A stretch of DNA of 20,000 bases from the IMG/VR virus record IMGVR_UViG_3300031227_016742; one strand, 5' to 3'. Both the position numbers and the translations under genes were made by a program. Under the pieces are notes generated by a model. It had not been told where the DNA came from. It saw nothing but the letters and a program-made list of their open reading frames with translations, and did no database searches. The stretch is from an uncultured virus (IMG/VR IMGVR_UViG_3300031227_016742) (taxonomy: Duplodnaviria > Heunggongvirae > Uroviricota > Caudoviricetes). Shown here one piece after another: positions 1 to 8,532 of the stretch. Position 1 is the stretch's first letter; the number at the start of each line of letters is the position of its first letter.

Positions 1-630
1 GCTGGCTTCACCGAGGCTCGCGTACAGCTCCTCTTCTTCTTCCTCGTTCTCCTCGCTGGCCAGGTACACCTCGAGGTCGTCGATGTCTCCGATCCGGGTC
101 CACTCGACACCGTCGCGAGAGATGACATCATCTTCGACGATTCGTCCACTGGTCATGTAGTCCAGAAGCTTCGACAGATCGCTGAAATCGTAGAACAGGC
201 CGATCTTCACCTTGACCCTGAAGGCCGGGAGAGTGAACACCGGCGCTCGTCTCTTGGTGGCACGACCGGCGACCTTGGCCAGCAGCCTGGAGACATCCTG
301 CTCGTCCGGATCGTCGCTGACGAGCTGCATGCACGTGTCCCAGCCGGCCTTGGCCGCGTCTGTGGATAGTGCGATCTCTTCCAGATTCTCGTCCTCGAGC
401 AAACGACGACGATTTACGAAGGCAGCGACCTTGCCGGGATTATCGAATCCCCAATCCAGGATACCCCCAGCGAGCACGTCGATGTCGATGCCGGTGATCT
501 CGCACAGGGTGACCATCAGGTCAGCGACCTTGTTCGCTGGCGCTGTCTCGTCATGGGTGCACATCAGCCGCAAGAGCCTCCAGGCACGGCCGTACAGGAT
601 GGTGCCGTCTTCATCGTGGGTATTGCTCAT
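1..630 (-). CDS. Hypothetical protein with a GYF_2-like domain near the visible C-terminus (3'-truncated by the window edge)
   Basis: Not in the ORF track because it has no stop inside the window. The ATG at 630 overlaps the stop of 627..1478 (ATGA). Manual translation is open to base 1: MSNTHDEDGTILYGRAWRLL...FRVKVKIGLFYDFSDLSKLLDYMTSGRIVEDDVISRDGVEWTRIGDIDDLEVYLASEENEEEEEE. The 'G..YDF....L..Y...GR+...D.+S.DG..W..IG.I..L' pattern resembles myxobacterial GYF_2-type domains. Confidence 0.75.
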   Translation of the reverse strand, partial: MSNTHDEDGTILYGRAWRLLRLMCTHDETAPANKVADLMVTLCEITGIDIDVLAGGILDWGFDNPGKVAAFVNRRRLLEDENLEEIALSTDAAKAGWDTCMQLVSDDPDEQDVSRLLAKVAGRATKRRAPVFTLPAFRVKVKIGLFYDFSDLSKLLDYMTSGRIVEDDVISRDGVEWTRIGDIDDLEVYLASEENEEEEEELYASLGEAS

Positions 631-1478
631 GGTCGCCTCGGTCTCGGGGTGTCGGGTCTGTCGATCTGATGCAGCTCGATGTCGATAGGGGCGGGCTCAC
701 GGTCCGGCTGGACCTCCCAGGCCACATCCACATGGTCCCGCTTCCAGCCGCAGCAGAGATACTCCACGTTGGCGATGAACTCCCGGGTGACGATGTGGTG
801 GTGCCCGAAGACCCACAGCTGGGGCGAGTGTGCAGAGCTGTCCATCACGCTCTGCAGCATCTTTGGGACGGCCTCTTCGAGGCGGCTGTTGTTCCGAACC
901 GCACGGCTCCCATCCGGGGTCGCGTCCATGGGGCAGTCGTGGGCCACCACCACCGCGGGCTTGCGCTCGTCGTAGGTCTCGAAGAGATGCTCACACTCGG
1001 CGGGGGTCGGGATCTCTTCGGGCCACCAGGACAGCCCGGGGATCCGGAGATGGGCGTCGACGCTCCTGGCGCCCCCGAAGAAGAGATGGTCCACGCCATC
1101 GATCCTGACGATCGTTCCACGGTCAGCGAAGAACAGTCCAGGCGCCAGCTCTCGCAAGCCGTCCTTCTCGGGAAGATCTCGCCATCGAGGCCAGTTGTCA
1201 TGGTTGCCGCCCGGGGTGATCCACACCGGCCAGGGGCCCGGCTCTCCGTTCCTGGTGCTCCTACAGTAGCTGACGATGCGGTCCCAGGGGACGGGACCCT
1301 TCACATCCCGCCACAGCTTCCAGCGCTCATCGTTGCTGCGCGACGGGGTGTACAAGGCACCCAGGTCTCCACACTGCACCACGTGCCGGATGCCCGCGTC
1401 GCGGGCCGCTCTGTCGTGGAAGGCGAAGTGCTTGGCATCACAGTGCAGATCGCCGACGTAACGGATGGTGAACTTCAT
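627..1478 (-). CDS. Calcineurin-like metallophosphoesterase
   Basis: Canonical motifs in order: GDLH, QCGDLG, GNHD, VAHD, FGHHH. The 'GGARSVD...WWPEE' segment is typical of a phage-associated subfamily. ATGA overlaps at both ends. Confidence 0.9.
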   Translation of the reverse strand: MKFTIRYVGDLHCDAKHFAFHDRAARDAGIRHVVQCGDLGALYTPSRSNDERWKLWRDVKGPVPWDRIVSYCRSTRNGEPGPWPVWITPGGNHDNWPRWRDLPEKDGLRELAPGLFFADRGTIVRIDGVDHLFFGGARSVDAHLRIPGLSWWPEEIPTPAECEHLFETYDERKPAVVVAHDCPMDATPDGSRAVRNNSRLEEAVPKMLQSVMDSSAHSPQLWVFGHHHIVTREFIANVEYLCCGWKRDHVDVAWEVQPDREPAPIDIELHQIDRPDTPRPRRP

Positions 1479-1945
1479 GGGGTCGCGTCCAGCTGGTGAA
1501 AGGGCCGGTCGTTTTCGATGGCGAGCTCGAGCTGGGCTTTGTCCACCGCCAACAAGCCTGCGCCGCTCCTCTGTCCGATCTCACGGCCTGTGTCACGACG
1601 GAGGCGATAGACATGGGCATGGCCGGACCTGGTGTGACGGATGACCCAGGCCTTGGTCTTGGTGGCTCGCATCAGGTAGCACGGCAAGAGATCGGATCTG
1701 GAACAGTACGGAGCGGCTCGCCTGCAAAAGATGGCCTGACGATCCTTCTCCCAGCGACCCCTGGCTGTCTCCATCGTATCATCGAGCGCCTTCTCGGAGT
1801 GGAGTGCGAGCCTCTGGTACAGCTGGAGCTGGGCCCTGTTCTCGTCGTGCTCGACGCTGGCCTCTCTGACCTCAGCGGTGTACCAGGGCGCTTCGCTGGG
1901 CCGAGACGGCCCCTCGGCAGGGAACGGGAGCTTGGCGCGCTTCAT
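1475..1945 (-). CDS. Hypothetical protein (156 aa)
   Basis: AGGGAG RBS 5 nt before the ATG. The stop overlaps the next start. Same-strand gene packing. Confidence 0.7.
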   Translation of the reverse strand: MKRAKLPFPAEGPSRPSEAPWYTAEVREASVEHDENRAQLQLYQRLALHSEKALDDTMETARGRWEKDRQAIFCRRAAPYCSRSDLLPCYLMRATKTKAWVIRHTRSGHAHVYRLRRDTGREIGQRSGAGLLAVDKAQLELAIENDRPFHQLDATP

Positions 1946-1954
1946 GGTCGCTCC

Positions 1955-2683
1955 CTACAGCTTCGTCGGGGCCTTCAGTACACCGTGCTCGTCCTTGGGG
2001 GCCTGCTCGTGGAGACGCCCTACCACGTCCAGCGGCTTCTCCCCGGTCTCGCCAGCCTCGGCCTTGCCCATGGAGATGATCTCCTCCATGGCGGCACGCC
2101 AGGCCTCGATGTCGGCTTCGTCCATGTCCACGAGCTCGGCCCGCTGGGGCGTCCGCTTCCTACCGCGACCGTACAGCAGCCAGCGCAGCTTCAGGACGTG
2201 CTCCTCACAGCGGTCGACATGCTTGATAGCGGAGAAGTCAATGACCCAAACGCCGAGGGACAGCAGGATGGCGAGCCATAGCTCGAAGCCGCCCAGCAGC
2301 CACTGGCTCATGTCGAGCTCAGCGGGCATAGCTACGACCATCAACAGAACGAACAGCCCGGTCTGGGCCACGGAGAGGATAGCAGAGAGCGTCTTCGGGC
2401 GATGCTGGCGCACCGAGAACAGGGCCTCCTGGGTGCTCAGTTCGAGCTCGAAGATGCGGTTGGCGCGGCACAGCAGGTGCTTGATCGCCTTGGGCAGCCA
2501 TGCGCTGGGCTCGGCGTTGCACAGCTTGATGGAACGATCGATGTTGTTGGCGCTGATGAGCATGACGATCTGCTTCATGAAGCCCTTATCGTTGATCTTA
2601 CCACGGAATAGCACCTTGTAGGCGCGCCAGCAGAACCAGGCTCCCCAGGCGAGCATCAGGAGGATGGAGACGATTTCGATCAT
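1955..2683 (-). CDS. Divergent MotA/TolQ/ExbB-family (AglR-like) membrane protein
   Basis: N-terminal TM followed by 'LFRGKINDKGFMKQIVMLISANNIDRSIKLCNAEPSAWLPKAIKHLLCRANR', which resembles the cytoplasmic helix region of myxobacterial TolQ/AglR-type proteins. Two further hydrophobic segments and a 'HVDRCEEHVLKLRWLL' ending fit the family topology. The canonical GLLGT-type motif is missing. Confidence 0.65.
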   Translation of the reverse strand: MIEIVSILLMLAWGAWFCWRAYKVLFRGKINDKGFMKQIVMLISANNIDRSIKLCNAEPSAWLPKAIKHLLCRANRIFELELSTQEALFSVRQHRPKTLSAILSVAQTGLFVLLMVVAMPAELDMSQWLLGGFELWLAILLSLGVWVIDFSAIKHVDRCEEHVLKLRWLLYGRGRKRTPQRAELVDMDEADIEAWRAAMEEIISMGKAEAGETGEKPLDVVGRLHEQAPKDEHGVLKAPTKL

Positions 2684-2771
2684 GGGAAGGCCCTCTTCGA
2701 TGAGATGGTTATGCCACCACCAGTAGCACGATGACCATTAGCGTGCAAGCCGAGCGCGCTCGAGTCGTGCC

Positions 2772-2782
2772 CGTGTTATCCT
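2772..2782 (+). promoter_or_regulatory. Putative extended -10 promoter (CGTGTTATCCT) for the GP88-like operon
   Basis: TG-n-TATCCT in the divergent intergenic gap, followed by an AGGAG RBS (2796-2800) and ATG 2806. It matches the motif at 5274, 12684 and 15539. Confidence 0.55.
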
Positions 2783-2805
2783 GGGCGGCAGCGACAGGAG
2801 TGAGC

Positions 2806-4029
2806 ATGGCCAGGAGAATGGCGAGGACCAACCCGCATCAAGTCATCCCGGACTGCGTCCTGTACCGTCGGGCGAAGTACCCGGTCTCCATCGACGTCCC
2901 GGTCGCTGTGGCCATCGAGCAAGGGCTCCCGCTATACAACTGGACACCCCAGGGCCAGCCCAACAGCGTCTGGGACGCCCTGCCACCCATCACGGTGGAC
3001 CACTCCGGAGACATCAGCACTCTCATCTTCGGTGGCGAGCATCTGTGGACCGTGACCAAGGACGGTAAGAGCCTCCCGGCGGTCAAGCCGAGAGGCAACA
3101 ACGGCAAGACCAAGACCTCGCTTCTGACGGCGACGTCCAAGATGATGTGCCCGAGCCTGTCGCTTCCAGCAGGCCCGCCCAGTGAGCATGGGACCTGCAT
3201 AGCCGCCGAGAAGATGCTCAAGGCCAATCTGCAGGCTGACAAATCCCAGGTCTGCGGCCAGTGCTACGCATCGGAAGGGAACTACAAGTTCCCCGAGCCG
3301 ACGATCTCACAGATGGCGACTCTGGCTTGGATTCGTCAGGAGTGCCTGGCAGATCCGAGCGGAGAGTCACTCGCAAAGCTGCTGGTGTCCGCCATCGAGC
3401 ACTACGCCCGGGTCACGACACTGAAGAGCATCAACGCACGTCTCATCCAAGAGATCGGCGTCTGGAGCTCGGGTCAGAGCTGCATCCTGATCCCCTGCTC
3501 GATCCCCGAGGTCGGTCGTCACTGGCTCCAGCCCGTCATCGACACCAAGCTGCACGACCTGCCGTGGCCGAACACCCGCGCCATGTTCGAGAACATGTCT
3601 CTGCAAGACGGCCAGGTGGCCGGGTTCTTCCGCTTCCATGATTCCGGCGACATCAACATCCACCCGAAGGCATGGAAGGCCTACATCATAGCGATCCATC
3701 GGGTCGCTCAGCTGCTGCCTGGCGTCGTGTTCTGGATGCCGACCAGGGTGTGGGAGTTCCCCTCGATCCTGCGTGAGCTGAAGCGCGTCAACAGGCAGTT
3801 CTCGCTGCCCAACCTCATCATCAGACCGTCCTCGGCCCTCGTCGACTTCGACGCACCGTCCATCACCGGGCTCTTGGCCGGGACGACCGTGCACGCACCC
3901 GATACCGAAGAGATGTTCGCAGACAGGGAGTGCCCAGCGTACTCTGGCAAGGGCACCAGCTGCATGAACGAAGACTGCAGGGACTGCTGGCTGAAGACGG
4001 CTGTCTCGGTGCAGTACAAGTCACACTGA
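2806..4029 (+). CDS. GP88-like Cys-rich phage protein (putative Fe-S/radical-SAM-like)
   Basis: Motifs SKMMCPSLSLPA..GTC, CGQCYA.EGNY, FRFHDSGD, FWMPTR, PNLIIRPS and C-terminal CPAY..SC..DCRDCW..VQY..H match the phage GP88 family pattern. Start moved from 2731 to the RBS-supported ATG at 2806. Confidence 0.8.
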   Translation: MARRMARTNPHQVIPDCVLYRRAKYPVSIDVPVAVAIEQGLPLYNWTPQGQPNSVWDALPPITVDHSGDISTLIFGGEHLWTVTKDGKSLPAVKPRGNNGKTKTSLLTATSKMMCPSLSLPAGPPSEHGTCIAAEKMLKANLQADKSQVCGQCYASEGNYKFPEPTISQMATLAWIRQECLADPSGESLAKLLVSAIEHYARVTTLKSINARLIQEIGVWSSGQSCILIPCSIPEVGRHWLQPVIDTKLHDLPWPNTRAMFENMSLQDGQVAGFFRFHDSGDINIHPKAWKAYIIAIHRVAQLLPGVVFWMPTRVWEFPSILRELKRVNRQFSLPNLIIRPSSALVDFDAPSITGLLAGTTVHAPDTEEMFADRECPAYSGKGTSCMNEDCRDCWLKTAVSVQYKSH

Positions 4030-4042
4030 CACGGAGACGACA

Positions 4043-4327
4043 ATGGCCTGGAGCACGGAAGAGCAGGAAGCGTACGGCGCCGAGCTGATCGAAGGCGCCG
4101 ACGAAGAACGTCTGCGCCAGATCGTCCTGGCGTGGCTCGGATCCAATCAAGGCATCGATCCGATTCAGATGATCCAGTGGATGCGCGACACCATCGACTT
4201 CGACCCGTTCCTGCTGTTCGACGAAGAGGGCGGCATGTGGCTCCAGAGCGCCCTGTACGGAACCGACATCGGCGACGAAAGCCCTCTGTCCACGGCTCTG
4301 TTTATGGGCCTGGACGCGGGGCCATAG
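4043..4327 (+). CDS. Hypothetical acidic protein (94 aa)
   Basis: GGAG RBS, operon packing behind the GP88-like gene, protein-like composition. Confidence 0.7.
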   Translation: MAWSTEEQEAYGAELIEGADEERLRQIVLAWLGSNQGIDPIQMIQWMRDTIDFDPFLLFDEEGGMWLQSALYGTDIGDESPLSTALFMGLDAGP

Positions 4328-4336
4328 GAGAAGACC

Positions 4337-4558
4337 ATGGCACAGCCAGCACGCCAATACGTCATGCCGTCATGGGTGGTCACACCCGAGCAGGCCCGGG
4401 CCACGGACGAAACCGACGCCAAGATCCGCACAGCACTGCTGGCCCGAGCACTCCCCCTGCTGGAAGGCGAGGAACAACCCGCAGAGGGCGGAGGATCCGG
4501 TGCCGCGATCGCCTTCCTGCTCGGGCTCTCACCGATCCTGTTGATCCTGAATAGGTAG
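4337..4558 (+). CDS. Small protein with a C-terminal membrane anchor (73 aa)
   Basis: AGGAG RBS. It ends in GGGSG-AAIAFLLGLSPILLILNR (linker plus hydrophobic helix). Confidence 0.7.
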   Translation: MAQPARQYVMPSWVVTPEQARATDETDAKIRTALLARALPLLEGEEQPAEGGGSGAAIAFLLGLSPILLILNR

Positions 4559-4561
4559 CCC

Positions 4562-5224
4562 CTACTCCGGCTGCTGCCATTGATCCTGGTACTGCTCGAG
4601 GGCCTCGTCCATCTCCGCCCCGGTGTCCTTCACGCTGCGCTCCATGCGCTCGAGCAGGTCGAGCTCACGGCCCATGATGCCGAGCTCCCAGACCAGCATG
4701 TCCACAGGGGCCATCTTTGTCGACCCCCCATCGCTGGGTGGCGGCTGCTCGATGAACGCGTGTGTCACTTGCGGCGCTGGCGCAGAGGTCACCACGTTCG
4801 TCCCTTCTATGTCCTGGTCGTCCTCGACATCGACGTCCCCTTCTCCCCCGGGCAGCGCCATGTACTCGTCCAGCTCGTCCATGATTCCATCCGCTTCGAT
4901 GTCCGGCACCGCGGCGACGTGGCCCGGCTGATTCCCGGTGGTGGATCCGGAGAAGCCGAAGAAGTCCAGCTGGATACCGACCCCGACCACACCGGCCAGC
5001 AGCAGCGCCACGATGCCCATGGCGCCGCCGACCAAGACGATCATGCGCTTGTTCTGCCCGGCCTGCTCCTTGACCTGGGTCTCGATGAGGCCCATCATCC
5101 GGTCAGCCAGGTGCTCGGCGGTCGGAGACTCGTGATCCTCATGGGCGTCGTGAGCTGGCGGCGCAGCGTCATCACGCTCAGTAGGGACAGCGACCTCGTC
5201 GGTGGGCTCGATGATGTCGGACAT
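4562..5224 (-). CDS. Hypothetical acidic single-pass membrane protein (220 aa)
   Basis: GGAG RBS, one hydrophobic stretch (MIVLVGGAMGIVALLLAGVVGVGI), acidic flanks and an upstream promoter-like motif. Confidence 0.75.
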   Translation of the reverse strand: MSDIIEPTDEVAVPTERDDAAPPAHDAHEDHESPTAEHLADRMMGLIETQVKEQAGQNKRMIVLVGGAMGIVALLLAGVVGVGIQLDFFGFSGSTTGNQPGHVAAVPDIEADGIMDELDEYMALPGGEGDVDVEDDQDIEGTNVVTSAPAPQVTHAFIEQPPPSDGGSTKMAPVDMLVWELGIMGRELDLLERMERSVKDTGAEMDEALEQYQDQWQQPE

Positions 5225-5240
5225 GGCTCACTCCGTTCGC

Positions 5241-5261
5241 CAGCCTACAGCTGACAGCTCG
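5241..5261. repeat. Degenerate 7-bp tandem repeat (CAGCCTA CAGCTGA CAGCTCG)
   Basis: Read directly from the sequence. It lies in the putative 5' UTR of 4562..5224. Confidence 0.5.
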
Positions 5262-5273
5262 CTGGTCACAGGC

Positions 5274-5284
5274 ATCGTAGCACG
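5274..5284 (-). promoter_or_regulatory. Putative extended -10 promoter (CGTGCTACGAT)
   Basis: TG-C-TACGAT oriented toward 4562..5224. It shares AGCTCGTGCTA exactly with 15535-15545. Confidence 0.55.
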
Positions 5285-5326
5285 AGCTCTGCGCATGGCC
5301 ATGATCGACGGTCCGGCAGGCCCGAA

Positions 5327-5359
5327 AGCGGTAAGCGGTGAGCGGTGAGCGGTGAGCGG
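5327..5359. repeat. 7-bp tandem repeat AGCGGT(G/A) x ~4.7
   Basis: agcggta agcggtg agcggtg agcggtg agcgg, intergenic, flanked by direct GGCAGGCC copies at 5315-5322 and 5359-5366. Confidence 0.9.
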
Positions 5360-5372
5360 GCAGGCCGCGGGC

Positions 5373-6629
5373 CTACCTCCTGCGACGCCTTCTACGGGTG
5401 ACCTTGACCTCGCGCCGCTTCGCGCTGGCCGGCGTGGCCTTGGTCGGATCCCCGCGGGTGTAAGGAGGAATCCAGGTGGAGACCCGGTACACGGTGTTGC
5501 CGTGCGGGTTGACCCGCTCGCCACGGGTCGATCGCCTCTCTGGATCTCTGACCCAGACACCCTTGAAGAAGCCCTTCACCTCATGCTGATAGGGAGCCGA
5601 ACGACCGGAGGGCTCGACTCTCGCCTTCTCCTCTACCTCATCCCGCTCGTCGAAGGCGCGCCGGCCGAGGTTGATGACCGTGTAGTCCAGCCTGCTCTGC
5701 CGATCCTGCATCCGCTGCTTCTTGCCCCGCTTCGGGGGCGCGGGGGGAACGATGATGGGCTGACCGCGCAGATAGTCCCCGTGTTCGAGCACCATGAAGA
5801 GGTTGATCATCAGCTGCCAGCACGCGTTGTCCCCAGTGGGAGCGTAGTGGGGCATCAGATCAACGGCGTTTCCGAAGCTGATGTCCAGCCAGCCGTCGTT
5901 GAAAGCGATCTTCTCGTACTTGGTCCGATCCTGGATACCCAGGTAGCGCCACTTGACTCCCGGGATCTCTTCGTAGATCAGAAGCGAGGTGAGTTGCAGC
6001 TTCAGCTCCCGCTCGTACTGGGACTTCGAGGCCCGGAACATTCCCTCTGCTGGCTCTTCCATCTCGTCAATCGTGGCGTCACGGTCCCTGATGATGCCTA
6101 CGTTCACCTCGATGGTCTTGCCGGGAGGCAGCACGATGAGCATCGTGGAGAACGGCAGATACGGGAGCCTGTCGGCCACCAGCGCTTTGGGGATCTTGGT
6201 CTCCGTCAACGCGTCCATGGTCTCATCATCCAGCACCCAGACATGCTGCTGGGCCTCGAACATGGACTGCGCCAGCATGTAGGCCGGCTTCATGGCGGTG
6301 GTCTGAGATGGGTTATCGGGGCTCAGACCGAACAGGCGCTGCATCAGCTGTGCAGCGAAGACGAAGTCACGACGCTTCGCCAGATTCATCGCACCATACA
6401 GCATGTCGGACTGTGTAGCGAGGGTCGCGACGGCTGCTCGCCCGAGGTCGACCTTGGAGAGGATGGACCTGGCCGCCCTCGGATCGAGCATCTTCTCAGC
6501 GGCAGCGACGCTCTCCTTGTACTCCTTGACGTAGTCCAGGTCGTTCAGACCCTGATCGAGCCAGTCGTAGATCAGCTTGTAGGGGATCGGGCGCCCGGTA
6601 GCGCTGGGTTCGGTCTTCAAGGTCGGCAT
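5373..6629 (-). CDS. Hypothetical phage protein with a basic C-terminal domain (418 aa)
   Basis: Start moved to ATG 6629 (AGGAGAGAG RBS, no overlap with the upstream gene). The C-terminal 'HEVKGFFKGVW...WIPPYTRGDP' resembles the uncharacterised phage H.VRGH.R...WI.P..RG motif. It ends in RRRRRRR. Confidence 0.75.
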   Translation of the reverse strand: MPTLKTEPSATGRPIPYKLIYDWLDQGLNDLDYVKEYKESVAAAEKMLDPRAARSILSKVDLGRAAVATLATQSDMLYGAMNLAKRRDFVFAAQLMQRLFGLSPDNPSQTTAMKPAYMLAQSMFEAQQHVWVLDDETMDALTETKIPKALVADRLPYLPFSTMLIVLPPGKTIEVNVGIIRDRDATIDEMEEPAEGMFRASKSQYERELKLQLTSLLIYEEIPGVKWRYLGIQDRTKYEKIAFNDGWLDISFGNAVDLMPHYAPTGDNACWQLMINLFMVLEHGDYLRGQPIIVPPAPPKRGKKQRMQDRQSRLDYTVINLGRRAFDERDEVEEKARVEPSGRSAPYQHEVKGFFKGVWVRDPERRSTRGERVNPHGNTVYRVSTWIPPYTRGDPTKATPASAKRREVKVTRRRRRRR

Positions 6630-6654
6630 CGTTCTCTCTCCTGTCCTGTACGTT

Positions 6655-8532
6655 CTACCACGCTCCGCTGTCGTCTTCGTCGTCTTCGTCGTCTTCTTCG
6701 GGACGCAGCTCGCTCCACTTCTTCTGTACGATCTCACCGGCGTGCTGCTCGATCTCCTCGAGCGCCAGCTCGACCGCGGCCTGCTGGCTCGCTGCCTGTC
6801 GCTGCAGTTCGACCTGCCACTCTATCTGGGCCCGCAGCGCGTCCGCGGACGGAGACAGGACGCGCCCGATCGTCTGCGTCCCGAGCCTGACAGCCTCGGC
6901 GACCATCGGGAAGGCCGAGCGAGGTCGTCCCTGTAGACGATCGAGCAGCCTGTCGTGGGCCTCGGCAGGGAATGCCAGGCCATGCTGCACCAGCACCTCG
7001 CTGTGCTCGTGCAGTACGCCAGGTTCCACCACGTTGTTCAGTAGCTGCTCATGCAGCCACCAGACCAGGCGCCACTTGGCTACTTCCTCGGCGATGGGAC
7101 CGTTGTGGTGCCCATGGACTTGGCTGACCCACCAGATCGCAGGGCGCATGGTCTGCTCACGGGTGAGGGGATCGATGTCGATCCTTCGTCCATCACATCG
7201 CAGCTCGACGGTGGCCACCGGAGCGCCTGACGGCATGCGATAGCTGATGTAGCGACCCCGGCCGGCGAGCATCTCATCGTAGTAACCGGCCCGTCCGATG
7301 CAGTGAGCCATGCTGGTACCTTCTCCGGTAAAGCTCCTGGCGTCACCAAGCTCCACCAGCATCGCTCCATCCGGCCAACGGGCCAAGACGATGTCGTTGC
7401 CCCGAATCTCAACGGGCTCGGCCTCGCTCACTCCACCCTCGATGGCTCTGTCGTCCGTGGCACGGTGCTCATCGTAGTGCATCTGGTAGGCGAGAGACAC
7501 CGCACTGTTCAGACTGAGTGTCGACAGATCGGGATGATCGGCATGGTACCAGTCCGAAACAATATCCATCACCTTCCACAAATCACGTAATAGCAGGTTC
7601 CTGACCTTCACCCAGTGGATGAGCGAGGCGAGCATCAGCGGACGGCAGATGGTCTCCAACGCCTCTTCTACGATGTCTTCTTCGAGCCAGGTCGGGTTCT
7701 CCACCTCCGCGAACCGCAAGAGATCGCCCAGCCCTGTCCCCTCTTTGTTTCCTATGATGTCTCCAACAGGCTCCTGGGGAAAGCACAGCCAAGTACGTGC
7801 GTCGGCGACGTTTTCGAGATCCACGTAAGCGCCACCGGAGTTCATCCTGGACAACACTTCGTCCAGTGGCTCCAGCTCACCGGCCTCTGCTCCTCTGCCG
7901 AACCGGATCAGCGCACGCTCCAAGGGGCTCGGGCTCCTCGATAGGTAGGTGAGCTCGGCCCACTCGTCGGTCCCGCACTCCACCTTGATGGTGACGATGT
8001 GATTCCAGCGAGACACCTGCTCGACGACGGGCGGTCCGGCCAACGGGAGCTGTCGGTCGTTGTGCTCGTGATGAGAGAAAGGATGCTCCGTGAAACGAAG
8101 GTCCATACTGTTGGTATGGGACATCTCGTCGATCTCGTCCCAGTTGATGGGATAGTCCCCTCCGTGCTCGAACCACTCATCGACGGCGATGTAGTAGCGC
8201 CGGGTCTCGGTGTCCACGCTCTGAATGCTGAAGGGCTTCTCGAGCTGCCTGGCCATCCAGGAGATCAGTGGCTCCACCCTGACGGCGGACTCCGGAGGTG
8301 ACCAGGTTTCCTCCAGGCCTCTCATGCGGCTGCTCATCATGGCCACCACGAACTGAAGCCAGGGAGCGGACCCGGGATGCTGGGAGATGGCCCAATCCAT
8401 GCGACGCTCGAGGCTGGTGCGGCTGTCGACGACCACGGGCTGTAAGCCGAGGCGGCCACGCAGCTGCTGCAGTGTGCTACGGCGGCCAGTGGACGAGCTG
8501 ACAATAGCTGTAATGACGGTGGTCGAGATCAT
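6655..8532 (-). CDS. PcfJ-like domain protein, paralogue A (625 aa)
   Basis: Start moved to ATG 8532 (ATGA overlap with the upstream stop, and the N-terminus aligns with the paralogues). PcfJ-like signature: EGTSMAHCIG..YY...GRGRYISYR..SGAPVATVEL...QVHGHHNGPI. Confidence 0.8.
   Translation of the reverse strand: MISTTVITAIVSSSTGRRSTLQQLRGRLGLQPVVVDSRTSLERRMDWAISQHPGSAPWLQFVVAMMSSRMRGLEETWSPPESAVRVEPLISWMARQLEKPFSIQSVDTETRRYYIAVDEWFEHGGDYPINWDEIDEMSHTNSMDLRFTEHPFSHHEHNDRQLPLAGPPVVEQVSRWNHIVTIKVECGTDEWAELTYLSRSPSPLERALIRFGRGAEAGELEPLDEVLSRMNSGGAYVDLENVADARTWLCFPQEPVGDIIGNKEGTGLGDLLRFAEVENPTWLEEDIVEEALETICRPLMLASLIHWVKVRNLLLRDLWKVMDIVSDWYHADHPDLSTLSLNSAVSLAYQMHYDEHRATDDRAIEGGVSEAEPVEIRGNDIVLARWPDGAMLVELGDARSFTGEGTSMAHCIGRAGYYDEMLAGRGRYISYRMPSGAPVATVELRCDGRRIDIDPLTREQTMRPAIWWVSQVHGHHNGPIAEEVAKWRLVWWLHEQLLNNVVEPGVLHEHSEVLVQHGLAFPAEAHDRLLDRLQGRPRSAFPMVAEAVRLGTQTIGRVLSPSADALRAQIEWQVELQRQAASQQAAVELALEEIEQHAGEIVQKKWSELRPEEDDEDDEDDSGAW

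Noticed and set aside
5327..5359. Heptamer arrays or the 9-bp tract as CRISPR or iteron arrays
   Set aside because: There are no spacers, the units are far too short, and no cas or rep gene is present.
6670..6700. Short GTCTTCGTC repeat
   Set aside because: It simply encodes the acidic EEDDEDDEDD tail of paralogue A.
5352..6890. 512-aa plus-strand ORF and other long antisense ORFs (669..1499, 1496..2281, 4580..5254, 8634..9524, 9346..10389)
   Set aside because: They overlap better-supported genes on the opposite strand and have no family motifs.
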